DNA of 64,000 bases from an uncultured Candidatus Saccharibacteria bacterium (GCA_946409745.1 CAMJXP010000001.1:20498-84497); one strand, 5' to 3'. Shown: positions 1 through 10,007, counted from the first letter of the stretch. Program-made: numbers and translations. The notes: a model not told the origin generated them from the letters alone.

Positions 1-1
1 A

Positions 2-1969
2 AAGAAAGACGAGCCGGAAAAAGATGTGAAGAAAGGTGACTTTACGAACCGTGCTGTGCGTAGAGGTGAAGATGGCCGAAATATGCAGGATGTCCTTGAT
101 GAAACGCGAGAGGCTGGATATAAAATAATTCTTATTGCTGATGAAAGCCATCAAACTTTTCTTGGGCAGAATTCCCAAATTTTTATTCATGAGGTGATTA
201 GACCAGTTCTTATTATCGAGGCTTCAGCTACCCCGAAACTTGAGTCAAATAGTTTGTCTACGGATAAATACAGAAGAATTGAGGTTTCAACGGACGACGT
301 TATCGATAGTGGATTGATTAAGAAACAAGTTCTTATTAACTATGATATTGAGAGCGTCGCTGAAGAATTAAATCGTGATGCTATTGAAACTGTGATTATT
401 GCTGGTTTGAGAAAAAGGGATGAGTTGCAACATCTGTATGAGCAGAATGGGGTAAACATTAGGCCGCTGATGCTTGTACAGCTTCCTACTGAAGATAAAG
501 AAGAGATGAGTGAACTTGATGCGAAAGTAAGGAGCATCGCTGAGGAAATCCTGTCAGAGCAAGGATATGAATACTATAATAGGAATCTTGCAATTTGGCT
601 TTCTGGTGAAAAGGAAAATTTGGATAACATTACTGACAATGAGAACATGGCAGAGGTGCTAATTTTTAAACAGGCTATTGCACTTGGTTGGGATTGCCCG
701 AGAGCGCAGGTGCTTGTTATGTTACGTGACATTAAGAGCGAAGCATTTCAGGTCCAAACGGTTGGTCGTATACTAAGGATGCCGGAAGCCAAGCATTATG
801 GTGTCGAGCAACTTGATAGTGCATATGTCTACACGAATAGTGGAAAGACCGTAAAGATTGATCAGAATGATAAGGATGCAAAAAATCTTCTTAAGACTCA
901 GAAGTCTTTCTTTAATCCTGCATTTACAAACATTACGCTCCCCGATTCTGTTTATTTGCGTCGCATTGATTATGGTGATCTCCGTGCAAACTTTAAACAA
1001 GTGCTTGAGACCGAATTGGATTTAGCCTTTCATATTGAAGAAAAAGATAGTTCGATACAACGAAAGGAAAAGCTTGATGAATTATTAGAGGTAAGTCCAG
1101 AAGAACTAACTACTCCAGTAATTTCTGATGTTGTAATTGCTAATATCGATGATGTCCAGGAACAAAATGAGATTAAAACAATTAATCTCGTGTCGAACCA
1201 AGTAAATATAGAACGCATATTCCGAGATGTGTTACGCGGTTTCTGCGGCAAGTTCAAGAACTTTGCTCGTTCTGAGACTAAAATTAAGGGTACGCTGAAA
1301 CCGTGGTTTAAAAAGGCTGATTTTGATTGGGATTTAGTGCAACAAATATTTACGTGTTCTGAAAACAACCAGCGCATCTTTAAAGAGGTATTTGATAAAG
1401 CCATTGATAAGTATGATACGGTAAATGCTGAGGACATGCGAGCTAGAAGGCAAAGACAAGATAGGATTTTTAATTTCTCGATTCCTCAGATTGATGAATT
1501 CAATGAACATTATTCTAGTGTGCATGTCGTCAAGAACATTATGGTGCCATACTATCGTTTCGATAATGCACCTACTAGTACCGAAATTCCGTTTGAAAAT
1601 GCTTTAGAGGCTAGCCAAAATGTTGAATGGTGGTTTAAGAATGGGGAGAAGCTCGATAAATACTTTGCCGTGAAATACTATGAACTTGGAGAGGATCAAA
1701 AGAGCTATGGCAGGGCATTTTATCCTGATTATATTGTTAAGTTTTCTGATGGAAGAATTGGTATTTTTGATACTAAGAGTGGTTTTACGGCAGAGGATGC
1801 TACCCAAAAAGCTAATGCGCTTCAGCAGTATATTTCGACTCATAGTGACATTAAACTATTCGGTGGGATTATTAATGTTGTGAATGGTCAATTCTATTTT
1901 AACGATAGTTCTGATTATGAATTCGGAGATGGGAAGACTGGTCAATGGAGACCATTTGAGTTTAAATGA
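2..1969 (+). CDS. Type III restriction endonuclease Res-like subunit (SF2 helicase + PD-(D/E)xK nuclease), 5'-partial
   Basis: Frame is open from the window edge. Helicase motifs IADESH, ALGWDCP, QTVGRILR; C-terminal FYPDYIV...IFDTK nuclease motif. Confidence 0.85.
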   Translation, partial: KKDEPEKDVKKGDFTNRAVRRGEDGRNMQDVLDETREAGYKIILIADESHQTFLGQNSQIFIHEVIRPVLIIEASATPKLESNSLSTDKYRRIEVSTDDVIDSGLIKKQVLINYDIESVAEELNRDAIETVIIAGLRKRDELQHLYEQNGVNIRPLMLVQLPTEDKEEMSELDAKVRSIAEEILSEQGYEYYNRNLAIWLSGEKENLDNITDNENMAEVLIFKQAIALGWDCPRAQVLVMLRDIKSEAFQVQTVGRILRMPEAKHYGVEQLDSAYVYTNSGKTVKIDQNDKDAKNLLKTQKSFFNPAFTNITLPDSVYLRRIDYGDLRANFKQVLETELDLAFHIEEKDSSIQRKEKLDELLEVSPEELTTPVISDVVIANIDDVQEQNEIKTINLVSNQVNIERIFRDVLRGFCGKFKNFARSETKIKGTLKPWFKKADFDWDLVQQIFTCSENNQRIFKEVFDKAIDKYDTVNAEDMRARRQRQDRIFNFSIPQIDEFNEHYSSVHVVKNIMVPYYRFDNAPTSTEIPFENALEASQNVEWWFKNGEKLDKYFAVKYYELGEDQKSYGRAFYPDYIVKFSDGRIGIFDTKSGFTAEDATQKANALQQYISTHSDIKLFGGIINVVNGQFYFNDSSDYEFGDGKTGQWRPFEFK

Positions 1970-2038
1970 ATACTATTTCTTGTATGTATTCATTAAGCAG
2001 TGGAATATAAGATTAACTGGTTCTGGTCGCTGGATATA

Positions 2039-3823
2039 TTAGACTTTTCTGCCAAATGTCTCAATTACTTCTTCGGATGTTCTATCTGAGACTTGACGGC
2101 CAGTAGCTTTTTCAATTGCATCAAGCAATTTTGTAGTTCTCGTTGCAATAAACTCATCAAAATTATCGCTAGATAATGCCCCATAATCCAACAGGTGCGT
2201 TTCCATTCTCTCGACGACTTCGTTTGATTCAATTCTTTTCTTTATTTTTTCTATATACTTACTAGGTGCAACTCCACCGATGTATCGGTTTGTGGAAGCA
2301 TAAAGTGGAGTTTTGTTAATTATAGAATTCCATTTATTCTTATCATAACCTTGTTTTTCGCAATAGTCTTGAGGAAAGATATGATGGATATCGCTACTTT
2401 CTCCGATATAGCTTTCAAAATCCATTTTACTGTCGCTAATCCAGTCTCTAGCTCCGTTTTCAAGTATTAGAGTCATAATGCCTTTATATGCGGCACTATT
2501 GCGCGTTTGAAGGCCTAATAAGCGTTTCGTATTGAATGAACAGTCATTCACGGTGTTTGGAAATGTTTCAGACTTATTAATCCATTCAATGACTTGTGGT
2601 AGGTCGTTTGCATAGCGCGTTTCGTTTGCGCCACCATACAATTCACCGAGAATCCCACACCAAATCCAGCGTTTAATCTTATCCTTTACGGCTTTGTTTT
2701 CGATATCTGTGCCAAGAACAGCACAAATTGCAGAGAGTGGAATAAACTGAGTAGCATATGGGACATCGTTTTCGCGATAAAAACACATTTCCATTAATAA
2801 CTTATACATTCGGTTATAGCCATCAATAAGTTGATCGCGATATTGCATGTAATCATTTATCGTGAGGTTTAACACGTCTCTACGTTTGCAGGAAACTGTT
2901 CTTCCTTTCATATAGGAAGCGAGAAGAGTCAGTGCCGTTAGAAAGCTTGTATTATCTACGACTTTAAGAATGCCTTTTTTCTCAAAATCGTCATTGATTG
3001 TTTTCCAATCGTCACGTAAATCGAAATTGTCTGCGGCAAAGGTTGCAGTTACTAGTTCAAATACCGTTAAGGACATTCCACCTTGGTTGACGTTTTCAAA
3101 TACTTGGCAGACGGCTTCTTTTGGGGTTTCTTTCCCTATGCGGATGAGGGGAATTCTATATGATAGTAGATTGCGAAGTATTTTTTTATTTAATTCCTCA
3201 TATTCATCTATTACCGTAAAGACTTCGTCCTGCGTTGAATTATTTCTGTAATGTTGATAATAACCTGCACGCCAATTATCAAGTTCGTTGCTATTCGATA
3301 GTATATCGAATGGAATCATCCTATTCTCGTATTCCAATTCTGGAGTAGATAAATCGAGAACTATGTCACGACCTATATTTTCTTTTTTCTGTTTATTCTC
3401 ATCAACGGAGACAATTGCATCGATGCGATCGATTTCTGGATTCAGGGCTTTTTTAATGTCTAGATAATAGTGACGGAGAAGTTTTTTATTCTTATTCTTT
3501 TCATTATAAGTCTTAACTGGTTTTTTTGAACGCATTGCGAGAAACATTGAAGTTGTGCGTTGTTGGCCATCAAGTATCATCTCTTTTGGTTCAACTATTT
3601 CGTTACCACTATCCTCGATATTTCTACATTTAAAATGAAAATCGCCGCCAGATTCTAGAAGCATGATTGCGCCAATTGGATAACCTTTTGTTAGACTTGC
3701 TAACAAGGATTTGATTCTGTCATCATCCCATACCCAACCGCGTTGAAAGTCTGGTAATTGTATTTCGTGTGTTTCGACCTGATCGAGTAATTTAGACAGC
3801 TCCCTGTCGTCGGGTTTAAACAT
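2039..3823 (-). CDS. GmrSD-like (DUF262 + HNH/DUF1524-like) modification-dependent restriction endonuclease
   Basis: N-terminal QLPDFQRGWVW and ILDGQQR DUF262 motifs, VFENVN, C-terminal DIHHIFP...N HNH-like motif. Confidence 0.85.
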   Translation of the reverse strand: MFKPDDRELSKLLDQVETHEIQLPDFQRGWVWDDDRIKSLLASLTKGYPIGAIMLLESGGDFHFKCRNIEDSGNEIVEPKEMILDGQQRTTSMFLAMRSKKPVKTYNEKNKNKKLLRHYYLDIKKALNPEIDRIDAIVSVDENKQKKENIGRDIVLDLSTPELEYENRMIPFDILSNSNELDNWRAGYYQHYRNNSTQDEVFTVIDEYEELNKKILRNLLSYRIPLIRIGKETPKEAVCQVFENVNQGGMSLTVFELVTATFAADNFDLRDDWKTINDDFEKKGILKVVDNTSFLTALTLLASYMKGRTVSCKRRDVLNLTINDYMQYRDQLIDGYNRMYKLLMEMCFYRENDVPYATQFIPLSAICAVLGTDIENKAVKDKIKRWIWCGILGELYGGANETRYANDLPQVIEWINKSETFPNTVNDCSFNTKRLLGLQTRNSAAYKGIMTLILENGARDWISDSKMDFESYIGESSDIHHIFPQDYCEKQGYDKNKWNSIINKTPLYASTNRYIGGVAPSKYIEKIKKRIESNEVVERMETHLLDYGALSSDNFDEFIATRTTKLLDAIEKATGRQVSDRTSEEVIETFGRKV

Positions 3824-3914
3824 GGTACGCTCCGTTTTTGATAATAAAGTTTAAACAAATTATACCATATAGTGTATGGTTTCTGTGGTGATGGAATACT
3901 ACTTATAGATTATA

Positions 3915-3940
3915 AAAAGGCCCGCCTAGGCGGGTCTTTT
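3915..3940. terminator. Intrinsic terminator hairpin downstream of the M15 peptidase gene
   Basis: AAAAGGCCCGCC-TA-GGCGGGTCTTTT, A/T tracts on both sides. Confidence 0.75.
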
Positions 3941-3942
3941 GG

Positions 3943-4656
3943 TTATGCTGCGTTTTCGGGGTACCAGGATTCGATGATATCGGTCGGGATTTCGAAGTGC
4001 TGGTAGTCCTTGCGGTCGGTCCAGTCGCCACCCCACTCAAAGCCGGCTTCCGTAAAAAGTTTGTAGGCGAGGTCGTCGTGGTCAATCTTGTATGGGAAGT
4101 TCGCGTCGCGGTCGAGATACGGTTCGCCAGTCGCCGGTTCGATGATACGTGCACCGTCTACGACCTTGGTGTAAGGATTGTAGAGCGTATTGATATCAAT
4201 GGCGAGGCCAAGGCCGTGCTTTGAAACACGCGTGGTGTGCGAGATGAAACGGAAGTTGAAACTGGACGAGTTGTTGTCGCGCATCGAAGTCTCGTCGTCC
4301 GCATCGTATTCGTCTACGAGACGGATTTTTTCGATTGGATATTTCGCTTCGTAGAGTTCGCGGAAAATGTCGAGGACGGTATCCGCGATGTGGTAGTTGA
4401 CGATCATTTCGCCTTCGTGGGTTTTGCCGTCTAAATCCACATGGAGTAGATGCAGATAGCGAAGGTCATCGCGCGGGACCGTGCAATCGGTCTTGAACGA
4501 TTTGCCGTAGATACGGTCGAAGAGCTCGTCTGTAATCTCGGTGACGTAGAACTCGTCTGCCGAGACGGACTCAGCTTTTGAGCCAGTTAGACTGTAAACG
4601 CCGACGAGGACGCAGATGCAGAGAAAGATGGTGACATAATTTAACCAGTTTTTCAT
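3943..4656 (-). CDS. Secreted M15-family zinc peptidase (peptidase_M15_4-like, peptidoglycan peptidase)
   Basis: Signal/TM N-terminus; SxHxxGxAxD (SKHGLGLAID); WGGDW...DYQHFE; higher GC than neighbours. Confidence 0.85.
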   Translation of the reverse strand: MKNWLNYVTIFLCICVLVGVYSLTGSKAESVSADEFYVTEITDELFDRIYGKSFKTDCTVPRDDLRYLHLLHVDLDGKTHEGEMIVNYHIADTVLDIFRELYEAKYPIEKIRLVDEYDADDETSMRDNNSSSFNFRFISHTTRVSKHGLGLAIDINTLYNPYTKVVDGARIIEPATGEPYLDRDANFPYKIDHDDLAYKLFTEAGFEWGGDWTDRKDYQHFEIPTDIIESWYPENAA

Positions 4657-4807
4657 TTAAGGTACACCCCCTAAAAAAATTACTCAAATGAGCTATATAA
4701 TTATAGCATAAATGGGGTGAAAAGTCAAAATGAATATAGGCAGGGCTTGTGAAAGCGGGGTCTACTTTTTCGTCTAAATTTTGTATAATAAACATGAGGG
4801 TTTAGAC

Positions 4808-6529
4808 GTGGCAAGATTTATTCCAGTAGGACGTACAGACGGTTTTCATAATAGTCCAGCCGAGAGGATGGTCTATGAAGCGTTCAAGAAATTACCAGAT
4901 GATTACTGTGTTTTTTATTCATTGCTGTGGGGAAAGGATTTTCAGGGACGCCATCATCGTGGCGAGTCGGATTTTATGGTTTTTGATCCGACGCGTGGAT
5001 TCATAGTGATTGAAGTAAAAGGCGGGGGAGTTAGGCGAGATCCGGATGGACAGTGGTATTCTACTAGTCGCAACGGGGACGATCATCGATTGCCCCGTTC
5101 GCCGCTTTTGCAGGCACAAAAGAGCGCAGATAGATTTAAGGGGATACTTGATGAATCCGATGATGTAAATATTAGAAACTATAGGATAGTGCCGATAGCT
5201 TGGTTCCCAAATATAGATGATCCAGCATTTCATGAAAAGCTTACCCATGAATATGAACCATCTAACACTTTTACAGAAGACGATTTAGACGACCCGGAGG
5301 GCATGATTAATTACGTATTTAGCTACAATAATATGCACAAAAGACAACTTGATAAACCGGCTAAACAAATCATTGATGAGGTTGTTAGGATTTTTGCTCC
5401 GGTATTTCGTATTGTCCCAAGTATTTCTTCGGAGCTGAAGGAACGCGATTTTCTGTTTAATCAGTTGACGAGTGAACAGGCAAGTTTGCTTGATTATTTG
5501 GTGGAGCAGAGAACGGCAGCCATCCATGGTGCAAGTGGAACCGGTAAAACAATGATTGCGCTGGAATGTGCAAGAGGATTGCCGAAAGATACGAACATCT
5601 TGTTCCTTTGTTTTAATAAGTTATTGATTCAGTATTTGAAGGATAATTTTGGTGAGGAAATGCCAAATGTGACTTTTGCGAACCTTAACCAGCTGTATGC
5701 GAAGGCAACTGGTGGTGATGAAATAGTTGAGGCCGATGTTATTACGGATTTCTTGCTGGATTCATTTAGTGATAATTACCAATTTGAACATATTATTGTA
5801 GATGAGGCACAGGACATTAAGGCAGATCATTTGGATTTGTTGTCTAGTATTGCGAGTGCGGTTGATGGGTATTTTTATGTTTTTTATGACAAAAATCAGT
5901 TGGTACACCAGTGGGATACAGAAACGCTTGGGTGGCTAAAGAAGATGGATTGTCGATTGGTGCTGAACAAGAATTGTCGAAATACTCTTGAAATTGCAAA
6001 GACTGCGTACTCGCCGTTTGGGCTTGAGAATGTGATTTTACCAGAAATGATTAGCGGTGATACTCCGTGTATGAATAATTATTCTAATACGGAAGAGGCG
6101 ATTAAGGGAATTGCTGAGACGATTCGTTTTTACACGGATAAAGGTTTCACAAAAAAGCAGATTACGATTTTGACTTTAAAAACTTTAAATAAGACCATTC
6201 TTAATGGTCTTGAGTCGGTGTATGGGTATCGTTTGACGAATGATTTAGATGGCGATGGAATTCTATTTACGACGGCGAGGAAATACAAAGGCCTTGAAAG
6301 TGATGTGGTAATCATAATTGATTTTGACGGGGATACGTTTAAGGATGACAATGCAAAAAGCGTGTTTTATGTGGCATCAAGTCGCGCGAAGCATTGTCTC
6401 ACATTTGTAGCTTCGTTGAGTGATGATGATATGCGGAAGGCGATTGGTGATCTCGGTGGCGACCCGACTGGGGAACCACGTAAAACACTGAAAAAACTAC
6501 TCAACATAGATTTTCAATTTATAAGATAG
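4808..6529 (+). CDS. NERD nuclease-domain superfamily I helicase
   Basis: ESDF...IVIEVKGG NERD motif; Walker A GASGTGKT; VDEAQD; NCRN; KGLESD; YVASSRA. GTG start chosen after GAGG. Confidence 0.8.
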   Translation: MARFIPVGRTDGFHNSPAERMVYEAFKKLPDDYCVFYSLLWGKDFQGRHHRGESDFMVFDPTRGFIVIEVKGGGVRRDPDGQWYSTSRNGDDHRLPRSPLLQAQKSADRFKGILDESDDVNIRNYRIVPIAWFPNIDDPAFHEKLTHEYEPSNTFTEDDLDDPEGMINYVFSYNNMHKRQLDKPAKQIIDEVVRIFAPVFRIVPSISSELKERDFLFNQLTSEQASLLDYLVEQRTAAIHGASGTGKTMIALECARGLPKDTNILFLCFNKLLIQYLKDNFGEEMPNVTFANLNQLYAKATGGDEIVEADVITDFLLDSFSDNYQFEHIIVDEAQDIKADHLDLLSSIASAVDGYFYVFYDKNQLVHQWDTETLGWLKKMDCRLVLNKNCRNTLEIAKTAYSPFGLENVILPEMISGDTPCMNNYSNTEEAIKGIAETIRFYTDKGFTKKQITILTLKTLNKTILNGLESVYGYRLTNDLDGDGILFTTARKYKGLESDVVIIIDFDGDTFKDDNAKSVFYVASSRAKHCLTFVASLSDDDMRKAIGDLGGDPTGEPRKTLKKLLNIDFQFIR

Positions 6530-6537
6530 ATTTGGTT

Positions 6538-6816
6538 TTATATGTCTTCGTCTGTGTCGTAGTGTTCGACTACTTCGCCATTAACTTTAATCACGCCATT
6601 TGCTGCGGTAATTCTTGGTAGTTGGCAGATGGTAAAATAGTCATTGATGTCAAAATTACCGGGCGTACAACCGATTTCTTCTAGATCTTCGTCTACGTCA
6701 GAATAATATTGATTCGCACATTCCAGGTTTTTGGGATAGTTGCGTTCAAGAAATTCCCACCATTTTCTTTTATCAGTCATAGTCAATTCGTAGTCGTTGC
6801 GATCAAAATTACTCAT
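6538..6816 (-). CDS. Hypothetical acidic protein (92 aa)
   Basis: ORF with AAGGCGG upstream; start overlaps the stop of the upstream small ORF (ATGAGTAA). Confidence 0.6.
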   Translation of the reverse strand: MSNFDRNDYELTMTDKRKWWEFLERNYPKNLECANQYYSDVDEDLEEIGCTPGNFDINDYFTICQLPRITAANGVIKVNGEVVEHYDTDEDI

Positions 6817-6922
6817 GGTCCGCCTTTCTCATTAGGCGGTCTTCATGAGATTTACCGCTGGCAATAAACGCCTTAGCGATAGCGATCTTACATTCCTTAT
6901 AATTCTTTGGGTCAAAACTCAT
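6809..6922 (-). CDS. Small ORF, 37 aa (MSFDPKNYKECKIAIAKAFIASGKSHEDRLMRKADHE)
   Basis: Read directly from sequence; AAAGG SD-like element and TTGACT promoter upstream; coupled to 6538-6816. Confidence 0.45.
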   Translation of the reverse strand: MSFDPKNYKECKIAIAKAFIASGKSHEDRLMRKADHE

Positions 6923-7058
6923 ATAAAACCTTTAGTTTATATCTCTATTATACCACTTTTGGTTATTTTAGTCAATAGGTTTATGCATATTTTGTTATCT
7001 TGAGCTAAGTTTGTTTTTAGTATTGATTTTTTATGATGCTTGTGTTATAATATGGTAT

Positions 7059-9719
7059 ATGAACAGTTGGGATATTCAGGAGTGGTTTAGGGAACATGTC
7101 ACACTCGGTGATGAGGTTTTTTCCGTTTCAGATGAGCAGGCGGAGGCTATCCTTGACGATCACAAGAATACTATTGTTACGGCGCGAGCTGGGTCTGGTA
7201 AAACTCGTCTTATTGTGGCGAAAACTATCTATCTTATAGCACATGAGGGATATGACCCGAGCGATATTATTGCGTTTGCTTTTAACACAAATGCGAGTAA
7301 AGAACTAAATGATCGTTTGGCGAAGGTTAAAGTTGATGGTGTACTACTATTGCCTGATGGTCTAGAGAAGCGTAATCGTGTGGCTACGACTTTTCACTCG
7401 TTCGCTGCACGCGCAAGAAGCTTTGGGGGCGAAATATTATCAGATAGAGAATGTGACGACAAGGAAAAACAGGCGTTTATTCCTAATCGTAGTTACTTTA
7501 TTCAAAGAATTATTAAAGATAAACTTAACAGAAAAAAAGTACTTGAATTTATTCGTGACGCAGAAGACAAGCAATCACTTGAAGGGGTGAGCGTCGAAGA
7601 GAGTGGTGCATCTTCTACTCGTGAAGAATGTTATTATGAGACACTAAATGGTGAAATAGTTAGGTCATTTGGTGAAAAAATAATTGCGGACTATCTGTTT
7701 GAACATGATATTGATTACCGTTATGAAAAATTTGACTTGTATCCTTCACAACTAGCAAAATTTGCAAAAGACGAAGCTTCTGCTGATAAACTTAGGATGC
7801 GAGATGCTGTTCGTCCTGATTTCTATCTTGAGGATTATAATCTGATTTGGGAACATTGGGGCGTAAGTGGTTTAGAAACTCCTGAAGAAATTCAGATTAT
7901 TAATAAATCAAAGATATTTGATGGAGGGTATGAACGCTATTTGAATGGAAGGCGCTGGAAAGAATGGTTCTATGATAGATCATGGCTAAATGATTCAGCC
8001 AAATATTATTCTGGCGGGGAGAATTATTATCTTTCTCAACTTCTTAAATATAAAGGATTAATCACTACATATAAGGATCCTTTTTCGTCTCGTGTAGACT
8101 TTGAAAATAAAATAGAAAAACGTCTTGCAGAGTTTGGCATTCATAAGCCAAGACTTTCTGAAGAGGAAATTATAGAAAAACTTTTTAACAATAAAAATCA
8201 TGAGGTGGTTACCCGTCTAACTGAACAAATAACAAGTTTTATCGATAAAGCTCAGCATAATTTTATGTCGAACTACGATAAGTTACACGCGCTATGTAAG
8301 AGCGAGAAGGATCCTCATGTCCATTTATTCTACGAGTTGGCATTAGAAGCACTTAATTATTATACGAATGAGTTAACGAGTGATATTTCTGATGAAAAAC
8401 AGAGGCCACTGTTAGATGAATGTTTTGAGAAAAAATATACTACCGATTTTAATATTTTACTGGATACAGCTGCTAGATTAATTAATGAGCGAAGAGAAAA
8501 CCCTCGTCTTGTTGTTGATGGATATAAGTACATTTTCATTGACGAATATCAAGATTTCTCTGAATTGTTTTTTAAATTAATTAAGGCTCTTAGGGAACGT
8601 TCTGATGAAGCAAAAATGATGGTTGTTGGTGATGATTGGCAGGCAATTAATAGCTATGCTGGGTCTGATTTGAAGTTCTTTGAGAATTTTGAAGAATACT
8701 TTCCTGATGACAACAGCAGAATTGAGCTTCTCACTAATTTCCGAAGTGTCGATAAAATTGTAGAGTTAAGTAATCTTTTTATGGAAAGAGCAGGTATTAC
8801 CGGGTCGGGTAGTAAAACTCATAATTTAGCTGACGGGTTCGATGATCCTTTGCAAATATGTCAAGTGAGTGGTATTAAAATGAAAAAAGACAAGAATAGT
8901 AATCGTTCATATAAGGCACAACAATATGATCGTGCACTTACTGAGATTATCAAGAATAATGAAGGAAAGACTATATGTTTTTTGTCTCGTAAAAAGGTTC
9001 TAACAGCATATGGCAACCTGAACAATTGTAAGAATGAGATTAAAAAGAGGTTCGAAGAGGAAGATCGTGCTTGCATGACAAAAACTGTAGACATGATTAA
9101 CGATAATATCACCGTTTCCACTGTTAATAGTGCAAAAGGCTGCGAGGCTGATATTGTTGTGATAATTGAAACTGACAACGGAAGTTTTCCGGTTATCCAC
9201 CCAGATACGGAACTTTATAAAGTTTTTGGTGAAAGTACTGAAAAGATGATTGATGAGCAAAAAAGACTCTTTTATGTGGCATTGACACGCCCTAAAGAAA
9301 AGCTTTATATTCTTCACGAGAAAGACTTTAATGACAGTGAAGTAGAGCAGGAGAACTTCCTTACGATGCTCGATAGGGATGAACTGGGGCAATATGACCC
9401 TCAACCGAGGACAATTGCTGAGCGTATCAAGGACGGAGAGATTAATTGTTTTATTGCTAATGATGTAGAAGTCGTTCAAAATAAGTATCGTCCGAATAAC
9501 CACGATTTTATTGTAACAGCGTATAATGGCGATGTTGTTCGACAGTTTAATGTAGATCGTTCCAAAGATAAAGAATCTTGCGAGGTTATCGATTCGCTTG
9601 TAGAATTCTTTTCAGATAAAGAAAACAAAGGAAAACATATCTGGGCAGAGGTTCAAGATGGGAAATGGATTCATTTCAGGAAGCGCAGACCATCTGATTA
9701 TATTCCAGACGCGCTGTAG
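7059..9719 (+). CDS. UvrD/helicase IV-like SF1 helicase with internal PD-(D/E)xK-like nuclease insert
   Basis: ARAGSGKT, TFHS, IDEYQD, VGDDWQAI, NFRS, AKGCE, YVALTR motifs; insert VRSFGEKIIADYL...RPDFYL...WEHWG. ATG lies 7 nt after TGTTATAAT. Confidence 0.85.
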   Translation: MNSWDIQEWFREHVTLGDEVFSVSDEQAEAILDDHKNTIVTARAGSGKTRLIVAKTIYLIAHEGYDPSDIIAFAFNTNASKELNDRLAKVKVDGVLLLPDGLEKRNRVATTFHSFAARARSFGGEILSDRECDDKEKQAFIPNRSYFIQRIIKDKLNRKKVLEFIRDAEDKQSLEGVSVEESGASSTREECYYETLNGEIVRSFGEKIIADYLFEHDIDYRYEKFDLYPSQLAKFAKDEASADKLRMRDAVRPDFYLEDYNLIWEHWGVSGLETPEEIQIINKSKIFDGGYERYLNGRRWKEWFYDRSWLNDSAKYYSGGENYYLSQLLKYKGLITTYKDPFSSRVDFENKIEKRLAEFGIHKPRLSEEEIIEKLFNNKNHEVVTRLTEQITSFIDKAQHNFMSNYDKLHALCKSEKDPHVHLFYELALEALNYYTNELTSDISDEKQRPLLDECFEKKYTTDFNILLDTAARLINERRENPRLVVDGYKYIFIDEYQDFSELFFKLIKALRERSDEAKMMVVGDDWQAINSYAGSDLKFFENFEEYFPDDNSRIELLTNFRSVDKIVELSNLFMERAGITGSGSKTHNLADGFDDPLQICQVSGIKMKKDKNSNRSYKAQQYDRALTEIIKNNEGKTICFLSRKKVLTAYGNLNNCKNEIKKRFEEEDRACMTKTVDMINDNITVSTVNSAKGCEADIVVIIETDNGSFPVIHPDTELYKVFGESTEKMIDEQKRLFYVALTRPKEKLYILHEKDFNDSEVEQENFLTMLDRDELGQYDPQPRTIAERIKDGEINCFIANDVEVVQNKYRPNNHDFIVTAYNGDVVRQFNVDRSKDKESCEVIDSLVEFFSDKENKGKHIWAEVQDGKWIHFRKRRPSDYIPDAL

Positions 9720-9764
9720 CATTGGATACTTATATTGAAATTGTATAAATTTCTGTTATTTCTA

Positions 9765-9793
9765 TTGACTTTTTTGGCAATGTGTGCTATAAT
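9765..9793 (+). promoter_or_regulatory. Near-consensus sigma70 promoter (TTGACT-17-TATAAT, extended -10)
   Basis: TTGACT 9765-9770, 17 nt spacer, TG-C-TATAAT 9785-9793. Confidence 0.75.
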
Positions 9794-9799
9794 GATAAT

Positions 9800-9915
9800 A
9801 TATCCATAGAGATGCGGAACGTTAAATGTAGCGCAGTACGTATAATACTATGGTTAAGCAGTACTCAATTTATGTCGCTTATAGAAATAGACTCCGTGAA
9901 AACGGAGTCTATTTT
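9800..9915 (+). ncRNA. Putative structured small RNA of unknown family
   Basis: Bounded by a strong promoter and a 13-bp terminator. Stems CCATAG/CTATGG and TGCG/CGCA; pseudoknot-compatible AGTAC/GTACT. Confidence 0.5.
9885..9915 (+). terminator. Intrinsic terminator
   Basis: Perfect 13-bp stem AAATAGACTCCGT-GAAA-ACGGAGTCTATTT plus T. Confidence 0.8.
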
Positions 9916-10007
9916 GTAGGTAGCACCTTGCTATATTCCGTAAAAAATGTTATAATACATCAGTTGGCCTTCGGCCAAAGTATTTTTTAAAAGGATGGTG
10001 CATGTGA

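Noticed and set aside
9812-9919. 35-aa ORF MRNVKCSAVRIILWLSSTQF... inside the orphan RNA
   Set aside because: No SD, not at leaderless spacing, and it runs through the terminator stem. An RNA role is more parsimonious, though a peptide is not fully excluded.
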